A stretch of 64,000 nucleotides of DNA from an uncultured Acidobacteriota bacterium (GCA_963718885.1 CAVRAK010000033.1:54759-118758); one strand, 5' to 3'. Counted from the first letter of the stretch, positions 8,961 to 22,417 are shown. Numbers and translations are program-made. Notes: generated by a model not told the origin, from the sequence alone.

Positions 8961-10865
8961 GTGCACCCCATGCCGGGCGAATGGAAGCCGAATCTATCGG
9001 ACGCTGACCGTGCGGCACTGGTCCACCGCGAACTTCAGAACATTTTCGCGAGTGACGCTTTCAAAGGCGGCAAACGGGCGCAGGACTTTCTGCAGCTTGT
9101 AGTGGAGCACGCACTTGCGGGCCGCTACGATAATCTGCGCGAACGCATGCTGGGCGTGGAGATGTTTAGACGCCCCGTGGACTACGACACGGCGAACGAC
9201 GCCGTTGTGCGGGTGAAGGCTTCTGAGGTTCGGCGCCGGCTCGCGCAATATTATCGAAGTCTCGATGCCGCGCCGCTGGTCCGGATCGATCTTCCGTCCG
9301 GATCGTATGTTCCGCAGTTCTCGTTCGACACGCCGGCCGAGGCGAAAACGGAATCGCGGGCTCCAAAGGCGCCGAAACGGTCCGGGATGGGGCGCGGCAG
9401 ATTGTGGACCTGGCGCGACGTCATTGCGCTTGTGGCTGGAGTGGTAGTCGCGGCGGTTGTTGTTGCCGCGTTTCTCTCATGGCGAAGGCCCAAAGCGAGC
9501 GGCCCGATCCGGTCGATCGCGGTGCTGCCGCTGGCGAACTATTCGGGTGACCCCAAAGAAGACTTTTTTGCGGATGGGATGACCGAAAGCCTGATTGCGG
9601 AGCTTGGCCAGGTCTCTTCGTTGCGCATCATCTCGCGCACTTCGGCGATGACGTACAAGGGAACGGAGAAGACAGTTCCGGAGATTGCGCGGGAGCTTTC
9701 TGTAGATGCCGTTGTGGAAGGGTCGGTGGAGCGGCAGGGAAATCACGTGCGCATCACCGCGCAGCTGATTGATGCGCGAAGCGATCGGCACATGTGGGCG
9801 GAGAGCTATGACCGCAACATGACGGACGCGCTTCAGTTGCAGGCGGAAGTGGCGCGAACAATCACTGATCAAATCGATGCCGAAGTCACTCCGGCCGAGC
9901 ACGCCCGCTTGAATCGTACGCAACAAGTGGAACCGGAGGCGATGGAACTCTACATGCGGGGCATGCAGGAGTTTAATGGAGTAACACCCCAGAACGCCAT
10001 CGACTTCTTCAAGCGTGCGGTCGAACGGGATCCGAAATTCGGTTCTGCTCACTCCGCGCTGGCCGATGCATACGGATGGGCAGGCGAATCGGGCCGTATG
10101 CCATATGCCGAAGCATTCGCGAGGCAAAAAGAAGAGGCACTGAAGGCGATTGAGATTGACGACTCGCGGCCCGAACCGCATCTGCAGCTGGCATTTGCAG
10201 CCCTCGATCATGACTGGGACTGGGAGACGTGCCAGAACGAGCTGCGGCGCGCGGTAGAGACGAACCCCAACTCGACGAGCGCGCATTGGTCATATGCCTA
10301 CTACCTGATTCGCGTGGGCCGAGCACGCGAGGCGATGGAGCATGCTGATATTGCCTTGAAGCTGGATCCGGTTTCAGCGCATGCATACATGGATCGCGCA
10401 TATATCAAGTACTTTGCCCGGCACTATGACTCGGCCCTGGGTGATCTGCAGCGCGCCTCCTTCTTGCCCCATTCTCCGAAGGAGTTCAACTTCGTTCTCG
10501 GCGATCTTTACGCAGAGAGGGGCATGTACGGCGAAGCGGCGCAAAAGTTCCGCGACCTTGAGGGGCCGCACGCGACGGGGCATTTGGGCAACGTGTATGC
10601 GCGGCAGGGCCGTGTGAGTGACGCGCAGGCGGCGATCGAGCATTTGAAAGTGGAGATCGAGAAGTCCGGGATCGGCGGGTATGAGATCGCACTGATCTAC
10701 GCCGGTCTAGGCGACAGGAATAGTGCTTTCGCCTGGCTGGAGCGATCGTTTAACAGTCGCGACAAGGGGCTGACGTATCTGAGGATCGATCCGTGTCTTG
10801 ATCCGCTGCGGGAGGATCCACGGCTCGAGAATCTGATTAAGAGAGTCGGCTTTCCTGAGTTATAG
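8961..10865 (+). CDS. Membrane-anchored TolB-N-like/TPR protein with N-terminal putative DNA-binding domain
   Basis: FLQLVVEHALAG..LRERMLGVEMFRR..YD..DAVVRVKASEVRRRLAQYY; TM helix; SIAVLPLANYSGDPKEDFFADGMTESLI; TPRs; DPCLDPLREDPR. Confidence 0.85.
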   Translation: MHPMPGEWKPNLSDADRAALVHRELQNIFASDAFKGGKRAQDFLQLVVEHALAGRYDNLRERMLGVEMFRRPVDYDTANDAVVRVKASEVRRRLAQYYRSLDAAPLVRIDLPSGSYVPQFSFDTPAEAKTESRAPKAPKRSGMGRGRLWTWRDVIALVAGVVVAAVVVAAFLSWRRPKASGPIRSIAVLPLANYSGDPKEDFFADGMTESLIAELGQVSSLRIISRTSAMTYKGTEKTVPEIARELSVDAVVEGSVERQGNHVRITAQLIDARSDRHMWAESYDRNMTDALQLQAEVARTITDQIDAEVTPAEHARLNRTQQVEPEAMELYMRGMQEFNGVTPQNAIDFFKRAVERDPKFGSAHSALADAYGWAGESGRMPYAEAFARQKEEALKAIEIDDSRPEPHLQLAFAALDHDWDWETCQNELRRAVETNPNSTSAHWSYAYYLIRVGRAREAMEHADIALKLDPVSAHAYMDRAYIKYFARHYDSALGDLQRASFLPHSPKEFNFVLGDLYAERGMYGEAAQKFRDLEGPHATGHLGNVYARQGRVSDAQAAIEHLKVEIEKSGIGGYEIALIYAGLGDRNSAFAWLERSFNSRDKGLTYLRIDPCLDPLREDPRLENLIKRVGFPEL

Positions 10866-11036
10866 CACTGTGGCGGGCTGTGGTCGGCGCGACGACACGC
10901 TGCGCGCCGTCTATTCGGACCGGAGCCCGGATGTGCGAGCCGGGCAAAGTGACCGCGGCCATCGTGTGGCTGCGAGGATCTTCTCCCGAGGACATGAACT
11001 AGCCGTTGGGGCCAATATTTCGCGCTGATTTGTGGA

Positions 11037-11918
11037 TCAGCAGGCAGTTTCGGCGGCGGGTGCGGCAGCGGGTGCCTGCAGAAAATCCAAAGCACGGATG
11101 AGGTAGGACTTGATGTCGCGGCGATGGACGACGGCGTCGAGGAATCCCTTTTCCAACAAAAACTCAGAGCGCTGGAAGCCCTCGGGGAGCTTCTGGCGGA
11201 TGGTCTGCTCGATGACGCGGGGGCCGGCGAAGCCGATGAGGGCGCCGGGCTCGGCGATGTTGAGGTCGCCCAGCATGGCGAAGCTGGCGGTGACGCCGCC
11301 GGTGGTGGGATCGGTGAGAACGCAGATGTAGGGGATGCGGGCTTCGTCGAGCTGCGCGAGAGCGGTGGAGATTTTGGCCATCTGCATGAGGGAGACGACG
11401 CCTTCCATCATGCGAGCTCCGCCGGATGCGGCGACGACGACGAGCGGCTGGCGGGAAGCGCGGGCCCGATCGACGGCGCGGGCGATTGTTTCTCCGACGA
11501 CGGCGCCCATGGAGCCGCCGATGAAGCTGTACTCCATGGCACTGACGACAACCGGGTGCGGCCCAATGGAGCCGATGGCGTTGAGAATGGCGTCGTCGAG
11601 GCCGGTATCCTGCTGAGCCTTGTGGAGACGCTGCTTGTAGGGCTTGACGTCGACGAAGTTGAGCGGATCAGTGGAGCGAAGGCCGCCATCGACGAGCTGA
11701 TAGCCGGGCTCGAGAAGCAGATCGAGGCGGGCACGGGCACCGATTTTGAAATGGTGTTGGCACTTGGGGCAGACGTTCAGGCTGGCCTCGAGGTCGGCCT
11801 TCCAGATGGTCTGACGGCAGCCGGGGCACTTGATCCAGAGGCCCTCAGTGCGTACACGTTTTTCCTCGTCATTATCAGGGGCCTCGAACTCACCGTTTTC
11901 GCGCTTGAACCAGGACAT
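11037..11918 (-). CDS. accD: Acetyl-CoA carboxylase carboxyltransferase beta subunit
   Basis: GLWIKCPGC..CPKC zinc finger, GGSMGAVVGE, SGGARMMEG, PTTGGVTASF, GFAGPRVIEQT. Confidence 0.97.
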   Translation of the reverse strand: MSWFKRENGEFEAPDNDEEKRVRTEGLWIKCPGCRQTIWKADLEASLNVCPKCQHHFKIGARARLDLLLEPGYQLVDGGLRSTDPLNFVDVKPYKQRLHKAQQDTGLDDAILNAIGSIGPHPVVVSAMEYSFIGGSMGAVVGETIARAVDRARASRQPLVVVAASGGARMMEGVVSLMQMAKISTALAQLDEARIPYICVLTDPTTGGVTASFAMLGDLNIAEPGALIGFAGPRVIEQTIRQKLPEGFQRSEFLLEKGFLDAVVHRRDIKSYLIRALDFLQAPAAAPAAETAC

Positions 11919-11956
11919 AGGCTGCTTGCCATTGTATATGGAGCAGGGGACGGTCA

Positions 11957-11976
11957 ACCCCAGCGCCGCGGACCCC
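11957..11976 (+). repeat. Internally deleted relic of hairpin repeat family A
   Basis: ACCCCAGCG directly joined to CCGCGGACCCC, i.e. the two ends of the full copies at 13623 and 29165. Confidence 0.45.
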
Positions 11977-12010
11977 TATAGGCAGCGGGGGGGAGGGTAA
12001 CCTAAGGCGA

Positions 12011-12934
12011 TCAGGCCCGTGCGTGGGCCAGCCGGCAAAATGCATCTAGCTCATCTGGGTTCAGGCTTCCGGCGGTGACCATACAAGGACCGCTGAGAAA
12101 TGGCGTGGAGAGACTCAGAAGCGGGTCTTTGCCGGGAAGAAGCCACCGGAGAACGTAGTTGACGAATTTCTCTCCTGTCGAAGTCGTTCCGTCAGATTTG
12201 TCTGAATACGAGACTACGCGTTGGGTAAGGTAGTTCTTTGGTATTTCCGGGGAGATTCCGCTGATTGTGCCGTCGGCGAATTCGAGAGCCTCTCTGAGAG
12301 CTTCCAAGTATGCAGCGTCCCGAGAGTCCTCCGCGACCCAGAAGTCCATCTCGTCCTCATCCCAGAACCGGCTCATCACAGCCCAGAAATGCAGCGCGGC
12401 TGTCTCGGCGAAAACCTGGTCAAATACGCACCTGATTTTCGAGTCGTCGCTTGTAATCTCACTACTTGCGAGGAGGATTTTGGCCTCTTTGAGGGTGTTT
12501 CTAAGTGTAGCGGCGCTTCGGCCTGCGTATACGAGAAGGGAGTTTGCGATTGTGAGCTCGGCAGCGGCAGCGCGGTTCTTGAGGTTTAGGGTGATCTTGT
12601 CGAGCTCCCGGGCGCCCTCTTGGGTAGAGAAAAGGAATTCCAGCTTGGAGAGTTTATTGCAGCTCTGCGCTGATTTTTCGGACTCGCGGATCCGGCGTGC
12701 TCGGCGTCTGAGCCAGCGGAAAGCGGCGACCAGCACTACTGCCATCAGTAGAGCGCGAATAGCCGGTTTGTACGGATCGGCGTCTCCGTCTTCCCACCAC
12801 TCGTGGACCCAGATGAAAACGCGATAGAGAAGGAGGCCGCCGAAGACACCAGCGGCAATTGCGAGTGCGAGACGCGCCTGCGGGTTCTTGCGAAGGGTAT
12901 CCAAGGCCGGGGTTGCTTCCATGATGGCAACCAT
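12011..12934 (-). CDS. Hypothetical protein with two N-terminal transmembrane helices
   Basis: 307-aa ORF, two hydrophobic segments, no family recognised; TAAGAT -10-like box at 12933-12938 suggests the true start is 12922. Confidence 0.7.
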   Translation of the reverse strand: MVAIMEATPALDTLRKNPQARLALAIAAGVFGGLLLYRVFIWVHEWWEDGDADPYKPAIRALLMAVVLVAAFRWLRRRARRIRESEKSAQSCNKLSKLEFLFSTQEGARELDKITLNLKNRAAAAELTIANSLLVYAGRSAATLRNTLKEAKILLASSEITSDDSKIRCVFDQVFAETAALHFWAVMSRFWDEDEMDFWVAEDSRDAAYLEALREALEFADGTISGISPEIPKNYLTQRVVSYSDKSDGTTSTGEKFVNYVLRWLLPGKDPLLSLSTPFLSGPCMVTAGSLNPDELDAFCRLAHARA

Positions 12935-12947
12935 CTTACCGCTTTAC

Positions 12948-12978
12948 TCACCCCAGCAAGCAAAGACAACTTACTCAG
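12948..12978 (+). repeat. Degenerate copy of hairpin repeat family A
   Basis: TCACCCCAGCAAGCAAAGACAACTTACTCAG aligns with CCACCCCAGCGAGCAAAGACCACTCGCTGGG at 29164. Confidence 0.65.
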
Positions 12979-13006
12979 TTCCCGAGCGTTGCCGGGGTCC
13001 GGGGCA

Positions 13007-13044
13007 GAGGGTCAAGAACAGGGAACCGGGGGTCAGGGAACAGG
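13007..13044 (+). repeat. Degenerate heptamer array (AGGGAAC/GGGGTC-like)
   Basis: gagggtc aagaac agggaac cgggggtc agggaac agg. Confidence 0.5.
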
Positions 13045-13083
13045 AAGTGCGTGGGATGATGAGTGGAGGAAGAAAGAGGCATC

Positions 13084-13621
13084 ATGGCGGATGCGAGGAG
13101 CGGGCTGCTCATCATCAATACCGGACCGGGCAAGGGCAAAACGACGGCGGCGCTGGGAACGGCGTTGCGCGCGGTGGGCAATGGGATGCGCGTGCTGATG
13201 CTTCAGTTTCTGAAGGGCTCATGGCATTACGGCGAGCTGGATGGGGTGCAGCCCTTCGGCGAAAACTTTGTGCTGAAGCAGATGGGGCGCGGATTTGTGA
13301 AGGTGGGCGGGGCGGAGACGGACCCGGAGGATATCCGGATGGTGGAAGCGGCCTGGGCCGAGGCGCAGGAGGCGATTCTCTCGGGGGAATGGGACCTGGT
13401 GATCCTTGACGAGATCAATTACGCGATCGGCTACGGGATGCTGAGATGCAGAGAAGGTGGCGGAGACGCTGAAGCAGCGTCCGGAGATGGTGCACGTGAT
13501 TTTGACGGGGAGGAATGCGCATCCGCTGCTTGTGGAGATGGCCGACACGGTGACGGAGATGCGCGAGGTGAAACATGCGTATCAGAAGGGCATTCTGGCG
13601 CAGCGGGGGATTGAGTACTAG
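13084..13621 (+). CDS. cobO: Cob(I)yrinic acid a,c-diamide adenosyltransferase (CobO/BtuR); frameshift near 13444
   Basis: [28 protein letters not shown]; shifted frame continues [35 protein letters not shown]. Confidence 0.93.
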
Positions 13622-13622
13622 T

Positions 13623-13657
13623 CACCCCAGCGACGAGGACCTGTCGCCGGGGACCCC
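13623..13657 (+). repeat. Hairpin repeat family A, full copy
   Basis: CA-CCCCAGCGAC-gaggacct-GTCGCCGGGG-ACCCC immediately after the cobO stop. Confidence 0.75.
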
Positions 13658-13660
13658 GAC

Positions 13661-13695
13661 AGGGATCAGAGATCGGGGATCAGGGATCAGGGGTC
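13661..13695 (+). repeat. Heptamer tandem array (AGGGATC)x5
   Basis: agggatc agagatc ggggatc agggatc aggggtc between convergent cobO and rlmH. Confidence 0.85.
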
Positions 13696-14146
13696 AGGAG
13701 TGGCCCGTGTGGTAGGGGTGGCCGGTGAGGATGGTGCATGCGCGGTAGAGCTGCTCGGCGAGGACGAGGCGCGCGAGAGCGTGAGCGAGGGTGAAGCTTC
13801 CGAGAGAGAGCAGCAGGGTGGCGCGGGAGTGGGCTGCGGGTGACCAGCCGTCGGCCGGGCCGATGGCGAAGACGATGTGCTGCGCGCCCTGATCGCGGCG
13901 ATCGCCAAGCCAGGCGGCGAAGGCTTCAGAGGTGAGCTGGCGGCCGCGGCTATCGAGGAGAACGGGGATGGCCGGCGTCCGGGAGTGTTGCCGGTCGAGC
14001 CACTGGAGAAAGGCGGCCTCGGTCTTGAAGGACTGGGATGCGGTTTTGGCGAGGATGGCGCAGCGCTGAAGGTAGAGGGCGCTCAGAGTGTCAAAGGCGT
14101 CTTTTGAGCCGGGCTTTGAACCGATGTGCGCCAGAGTGAAGTGCAT
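13694..14146 (-). CDS. rlmH: 23S rRNA (pseudouridine1915-N3)-methyltransferase
   Basis: LDSRGRQLTSEAFA, FAIGPADG, LSLGSFTLAHALARLVLAEQLYRACTILTGHPYH. Confidence 0.95.
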   Translation of the reverse strand: MHFTLAHIGSKPGSKDAFDTLSALYLQRCAILAKTASQSFKTEAAFLQWLDRQHSRTPAIPVLLDSRGRQLTSEAFAAWLGDRRDQGAQHIVFAIGPADGWSPAAHSRATLLLSLGSFTLAHALARLVLAEQLYRACTILTGHPYHTGHS

Positions 14147-14700
14147 GGAGAGATGGTAAAGCGGAAGATGGACGGGACAGGGGAGGACGAGAGGGTTCGT
14201 ATCTCAAAGGTGGGAGAAAAGCGGCATTCCTACGGAATTGTGTATGGGTTGCGGGGGGCCGGAATGCGGAAGGCGAGCGCCACGAATCTTAACTGACTTC
14301 CAATCAGAGCGAGAAGTTCTGCGCAGAGGGAGACACCATCTGGCAAGAGAATTGCATCTATACTGCGATGGTGATTGTTGGGCCGGCAGGTCTTCGCGGG
14401 TGTGTACTTCCGGCGTGAGGCCGATTTGATAGGTGTTCCCTTTTCTGGACCGTAGAGCCGCCCGATCCAACCCAGTACTCAACTTCGGTCCCAGCAAGCA
14501 AACCCAGCAAGCGAAGAAAATTCGATGAAGAGGCTTCCCGGCAGATAGCCGTTGGGTCGCAGCTTCCTTCGATCCTGGTTATTCCGGCGACGAGACGACG
14601 ATCGCTGGAACCCTTCATTGAGGTGCTTGTTTCGGCCAGAGCAAGAGGGTCTGGCAAAAAGGGGTCCATGGATATGAGCATTTCAGTGAGTCCGGTATCC

Positions 14701-14730
14701 GAACGTAGCGGAACGTAGCCGAACGTAGCG
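14701..14730 (+). repeat. 10-bp direct repeat (GAACGTAGCS)x3 upstream of TBDR2
   Basis: gaacgtagcg gaacgtagcc gaacgtagcg, ending 30 bp before the GGAGGA ribosome-binding site. Confidence 0.85.
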
Positions 14731-14770
14731 GACGGTGTAGTTCAGGCGCCCTCCGCCTCTGGAGGAGTCA

Positions 14771-17700
14771 ATGCTGCATACCCAGATTTCTACAGGACAC
14801 GTCGTGACGCCGGCCCGATGGCTGGGCGAATCTCTCTCAAACCCACGAGCTGGCTGGCAGGGTCTTGTGTGGACGCTTGCCGTAGTGCTCGTCTGCGTCG
14901 GTGTCGCATCGGCGCAGGTGGAATCCGGCCAGATTTCGGGTACGGTTGCCGACCAATCCGGCGCAGTCATACCAAACGCCACTATCTCTGTGAAAAACGT
15001 GGGAACGAATGCGGAACGCACGGCGACAACGTTGTCGGATGGCCTGTTCCTGATAACGGGTCTTGCGCCGGCCACGTACGAAGTGACGGTGAGCGCATCG
15101 GGATTCAAGCCGTTTGTTTCTCGCGCGGAGGTGACGGTCGGGGGAAAAGTGACGCTCGCGGCGAAACTGTCGGTAAGCACGAACGTGACCGAGGTTCAGG
15201 TTATCGCCCAAGGCGGAGCCCAGGTGAACACGCAGACGCAGGAGTTGTCGCAGGTTGTGAATTCGCAGCAACTGACGAACCTGCCGACGCTGACAGGAAA
15301 CCCGTACGATTTTGTAGCGCTTTCCGGCAATGTCTCGAATGGCGATGCGGCGAACTCGGGGAGTTCGACGGGAATGACGAATACGAATTTCCAGAATGCG
15401 TCGACACGCGGCGTAGGGTTCAATATCAACGGGCAGCGGTCGAGCGGAACGGAGATTCTGCTGGACGGCGTTGAGAACATTCAGGTATTCACCGACGGGA
15501 TCGGGACGTCGGTCCCGCTTCCTTCTGTTCAGGAATATCGCGTGACGACGAGCAACTTCGAGCCGCAATTCGGACGTGCCTCGGGCGGTGTGGTGAACGT
15601 GACGACGAAGGCCGGGACCAACTCGGTACACGGAAGTGCGTATGAGATTAACCGGCTCTCTGCGTACACCTCGAACACGGAGACGAACAACCAACTGGGC
15701 ATACCGAAAGGCACGTTCACATTCAACCAGTTTGGGTTTACGCTGGGCGGCCCGGTGCTGAAGGACAAGCTCTTTGGATTCGGCGGTGCGGAGTGGGTTC
15801 GCGTGCGCAGCAGCGCGAATCTGACGGCAGGCGTGCCGGATCCCGCATTTCTCGCGGTAGCTGCGCCGAATATTCAGGACTTTTTCGGCGCATACGCGGG
15901 GAATAACACCTTCAATGTTGCGCAGAGATACACGGCGGCGGAGGTGTATGGTGATGCGGTTCCGGCGGGCCTGAATCCCGCGACGCCGACCTTTGACGCG
16001 GTGGCATTCCAGGGCCCGCAGAACGCAGGCGGCGGAGTGCCGCAGAATACCTACAACATTGTGGGCCGCGTGGACTACAACATGGGCGACAGGACGCAGA
16101 TGTTCGCGAGGTTCGTTTATTACAGCGAAGTCGATACGCCGGGGAGCGTTTTTGTGTCGCCGTACGCGCAATACAACGTGGGGCAGACGGGGAAAAACCA
16201 GGCATACCTGTTCAGCCTGTCGCACCAGTTCTCGCCTTCACTCGTGTCAGCTACGAAGCTCAGCTTCAGCCGGTTTAACACGTTCCAGTCGTACGATACG
16301 AGCCTTTCGGCCGTACCGACGCTGTTTGTGTCGGTGAATGCAGCGATCCCGGGAACGGGCATTCCGATTCAACTGCCGGGGTTCTTTAACACGAATCCGG
16401 CCAACGGCGGCTTACCGTTTGGCGGTCCGCAGAATCAATCACAGATCAACCAGGATCTGAACTGGCAGCGAGGCAAACACTCGATGCAGTTCGGCGCACA
16501 ACTTATGTATATCCAGGATAACGTTGCGTATGGCGCGTACGCGCAGGCAGGCCAGCAGTTGGGGAACGGTCGCGCGCAGGGATTGCAAAACCTGTACAAC
16601 GGAGATCTGTTTCAGTTTATCGGGGCGGTCGATCCGAAGGGAGCTTTGCCGTGCGTCAGAAATCCCTACACGGGTGATTTGGCAACGACGCCAGATTGCT
16701 CGATCAATTTGCCTGCCAGCCAGCCAAGCTTCGCCCGCAGTCTGAGATACAAGGAGTGGGCGGCCTATTGGCAGGACTCGTTCAAGCTGACGCCACGCTT
16801 CACTGCGAACTATGGTGTGCGCTATGAGTATTACGGCGTGCAGCACAACAACAATCCGAACCTCGATTCGAATTTCTACTACGGACCCGGCAGCACGATT
16901 GCGGAACGTATGAGGACCGGGCAGGTGTACACGGTGCCGGAGAGCCCGATCGGCGGGCTGTGGAACCCCTCGTACGGCACCGTTGGCCCTCGTGTGGGAT
17001 TCGCGTACGACGTCTTCGGCAATGGCCGAACTTCGATTCGCGGTGGATACGGGATTTCATACGAGCGGAACTTCGGCAACGTCACATTCAACGTGATCCA
17101 GAACCCGCCGAATTACGCGGTGATCGTGGTGAACAACGTCGCGGTGACGAACTCGAATGCCGGACCGCTGGGAGGTGCGTCAGGAAGCGTTCCCTTGCCG
17201 CCGACCAGTCTGCGGCAGGTAGACCAAAACATCAGGACGGCGCAGACGCAGTTCTACAGCATGGCGGTGGAGCGCCAGATTACGCCCAGCACATTCATTT
17301 CATTTCAGTACATGGGCGCTCGGGGCATCCATTTGTATGACATCAAGAACTACAACGGGTTGGGGGCCGGGAACGTTGAGCTAGGCGATCAGAATATCGA
17401 CCCGATAACCGGATTCTATGGATTGACACGGCTCAATCCACAGTACTCCAACGTAAACAACCGTGGATCCGAGGGCGACTCCTTCTACAACGGCGGGAAC
17501 GTGCAGTTTCAATCGGATAATCTGCATCACAGCGGGCTGAGTGTTGTGATGAATTACACGTTGTCGCATGCAACGGACAATTTGAGTACGACTTTCTCGG
17601 AAACGAACAACGCGTTCAATTTGGGGTATACGGATCCGTTCAACCCGTCTCTCGATCACGGAAACGGCGACCTTGATGTGCGGCACCGGTTGGTGCTGGC

Positions 17701-18370
17701 ACCGATCTACGACACGCCTTTCTTCAAGAATCAGAGGAATCTCAAGGGCCAGGTGCTCGGAGGCTGGCAGGTGGCGGGCATCTATCAGGTGCACACGGGG
17801 ACGCCGTTCTCGTATTTTGACTTCACCAATAATTATTCGGGGTACAACGTTCCGCGGTACACACCCGTCGGCTCGGTTGCGCAGCACACCTTCAAGTCGA
17901 TTCCGGGCGGAGTGGACGGCGGCGGAGCAAATCTTTACACGATCGGGCAATTGCCCGCTGCTAACTCGTGGAGCAATCCGACTCTCTTTCCGCCAAACCC
18001 GGATGATCCAACTACGCCGGACCCCGGCTATCCAGGCGGCATATCGGACTGGGGACCGTGGCCAACGAACATGGCTGCCCGGAACTCGTTTCGCGGGCCG
18101 GGTTACTGGAACCTGGACATGCAGGTCAGCAAGTCGTTCCCGATCCATGAAAGTATGAGGCTGGAGTTCCGCGCCGAGGGCTTCAACATTTTCAACCACC
18201 ACAACCTTTTCCTGCAGGAGGCGCTGAATGATGTATCGAGCAACTCCATCGTGGATGCGAACGGGAATGTTTTCCCGCAGATTGTGGGTTCAAAAGGCGG
18301 GATCGGGAACAACGGCGGCGCAAACGATGAGCGGCGGTTCGGACAATTCGCCGTCAAATTTGTCTTCTGA
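14771..18370 (+). CDS. TonB-dependent receptor, Oar-like
   Basis: GQISGTVADQSGAVIPNA, FGRASGGVVNVTTKAGTN, YWQDSFK, C-terminal KFVF. Confidence 0.93.
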   Translation: MLHTQISTGHVVTPARWLGESLSNPRAGWQGLVWTLAVVLVCVGVASAQVESGQISGTVADQSGAVIPNATISVKNVGTNAERTATTLSDGLFLITGLAPATYEVTVSASGFKPFVSRAEVTVGGKVTLAAKLSVSTNVTEVQVIAQGGAQVNTQTQELSQVVNSQQLTNLPTLTGNPYDFVALSGNVSNGDAANSGSSTGMTNTNFQNASTRGVGFNINGQRSSGTEILLDGVENIQVFTDGIGTSVPLPSVQEYRVTTSNFEPQFGRASGGVVNVTTKAGTNSVHGSAYEINRLSAYTSNTETNNQLGIPKGTFTFNQFGFTLGGPVLKDKLFGFGGAEWVRVRSSANLTAGVPDPAFLAVAAPNIQDFFGAYAGNNTFNVAQRYTAAEVYGDAVPAGLNPATPTFDAVAFQGPQNAGGGVPQNTYNIVGRVDYNMGDRTQMFARFVYYSEVDTPGSVFVSPYAQYNVGQTGKNQAYLFSLSHQFSPSLVSATKLSFSRFNTFQSYDTSLSAVPTLFVSVNAAIPGTGIPIQLPGFFNTNPANGGLPFGGPQNQSQINQDLNWQRGKHSMQFGAQLMYIQDNVAYGAYAQAGQQLGNGRAQGLQNLYNGDLFQFIGAVDPKGALPCVRNPYTGDLATTPDCSINLPASQPSFARSLRYKEWAAYWQDSFKLTPRFTANYGVRYEYYGVQHNNNPNLDSNFYYGPGSTIAERMRTGQVYTVPESPIGGLWNPSYGTVGPRVGFAYDVFGNGRTSIRGGYGISYERNFGNVTFNVIQNPPNYAVIVVNNVAVTNSNAGPLGGASGSVPLPPTSLRQVDQNIRTAQTQFYSMAVERQITPSTFISFQYMGARGIHLYDIKNYNGLGAGNVELGDQNIDPITGFYGLTRLNPQYSNVNNRGSEGDSFYNGGNVQFQSDNLHHSGLSVVMNYTLSHATDNLSTTFSETNNAFNLGYTDPFNPSLDHGNGDLDVRHRLVLAPIYDTPFFKNQRNLKGQVLGGWQVAGIYQVHTGTPFSYFDFTNNYSGYNVPRYTPVGSVAQHTFKSIPGGVDGGGANLYTIGQLPAANSWSNPTLFPPNPDDPTTPDPGYPGGISDWGPWPTNMAARNSFRGPGYWNLDMQVSKSFPIHESMRLEFRAEGFNIFNHHNLFLQEALNDVSSNSIVDANGNVFPQIVGSKGGIGNNGGANDERRFGQFAVKFVF

Positions 18371-18398
18371 ACGGCGGATTCCGGGTTGAGCGGCGACG

Positions 18399-18428
18399 AA
18401 GCGGGGAGCCTGTGGGCTCCCCGCTTTG
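18399..18428 (+). terminator. Hairpin/terminator after TBDR2
   Basis: AAGCGGGGAGCC-tgtg-GGCTCCCCGCTT perfect 12-bp stem. Confidence 0.75.
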
Positions 18429-18930
18429 CGTGACAGAGCAAAAAACCTACTTCGATGCGGCGGCTGCGTGAGTCAGCAAGGGGCAGAAAACCCGGGTGAC
18501 GGAAGAGCGCGCGCCTTCTCACGTGACCATGGTACCCCATTGGCCATGGTTACTACCCGAATTTGGAAGGCTTTTGCCGGACCATACAAGTTTTCATATT
18601 GCCGACCTGTGACGGAAGGGCTATGACGAAAGTAAAGGTCGTATTATCAACGGAGAATTAATTTCATAGTTCCCCTCTGGTTTGGTCCTCCTCATGCAAC
18701 GTAAGACGCAATCAGCTCCCCTGTGCATGGATTCGAAGTGTTGATATGCGGATAGATCGCGATTGAGACTGAGAGTCCTACTTGGAACAACAGGTTTTGC
18801 TAGATTCTTGCGCTTGTCATTGTGTGTCGGCGTTCTGCGAGAGCGGGCTGCAACACAGCGAACAGAAAAACGTGGATCGAGGAGTGCTCCCCTGGCGGGT
18901 CTTCCGATTCCCCAAAACTGGAGGAGTTGA

Positions 18931-22397
<3,467 letters not shown>

Positions 22398-22417
22398 CCC
22401 CTAACCGAAGCAAACCA

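Noticed and set aside
14358-14681. 107-aa ORF in the rlmH-TBDR2 gap
   Set aside because: No recognisable domain or ribosome-binding site; I cannot support it as a gene.
13623-14730. Short repeats as a CRISPR array
   Set aside because: Units are 7-10 bp tandem copies or dispersed hairpins with no unique spacers, and there are no cas genes.
14147-14770. Cobalamin riboswitch upstream of TBDR2, suggested by nearby cobO
   Set aside because: No B12-box or GGGAA/ACTG core visible here or upstream of the other TBDRs.
18526-18550. ACCATGG-N11-CCATGGT palindrome between TBDR2 and TBDR3
   Set aside because: Short, single occurrence and no candidate regulator; could be chance.
18783-18800. Sigma54-like TGGAAC..TTGC upstream of TBDR3
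   Set aside because: The GG-to-GC spacing is longer than the required 10 bp.
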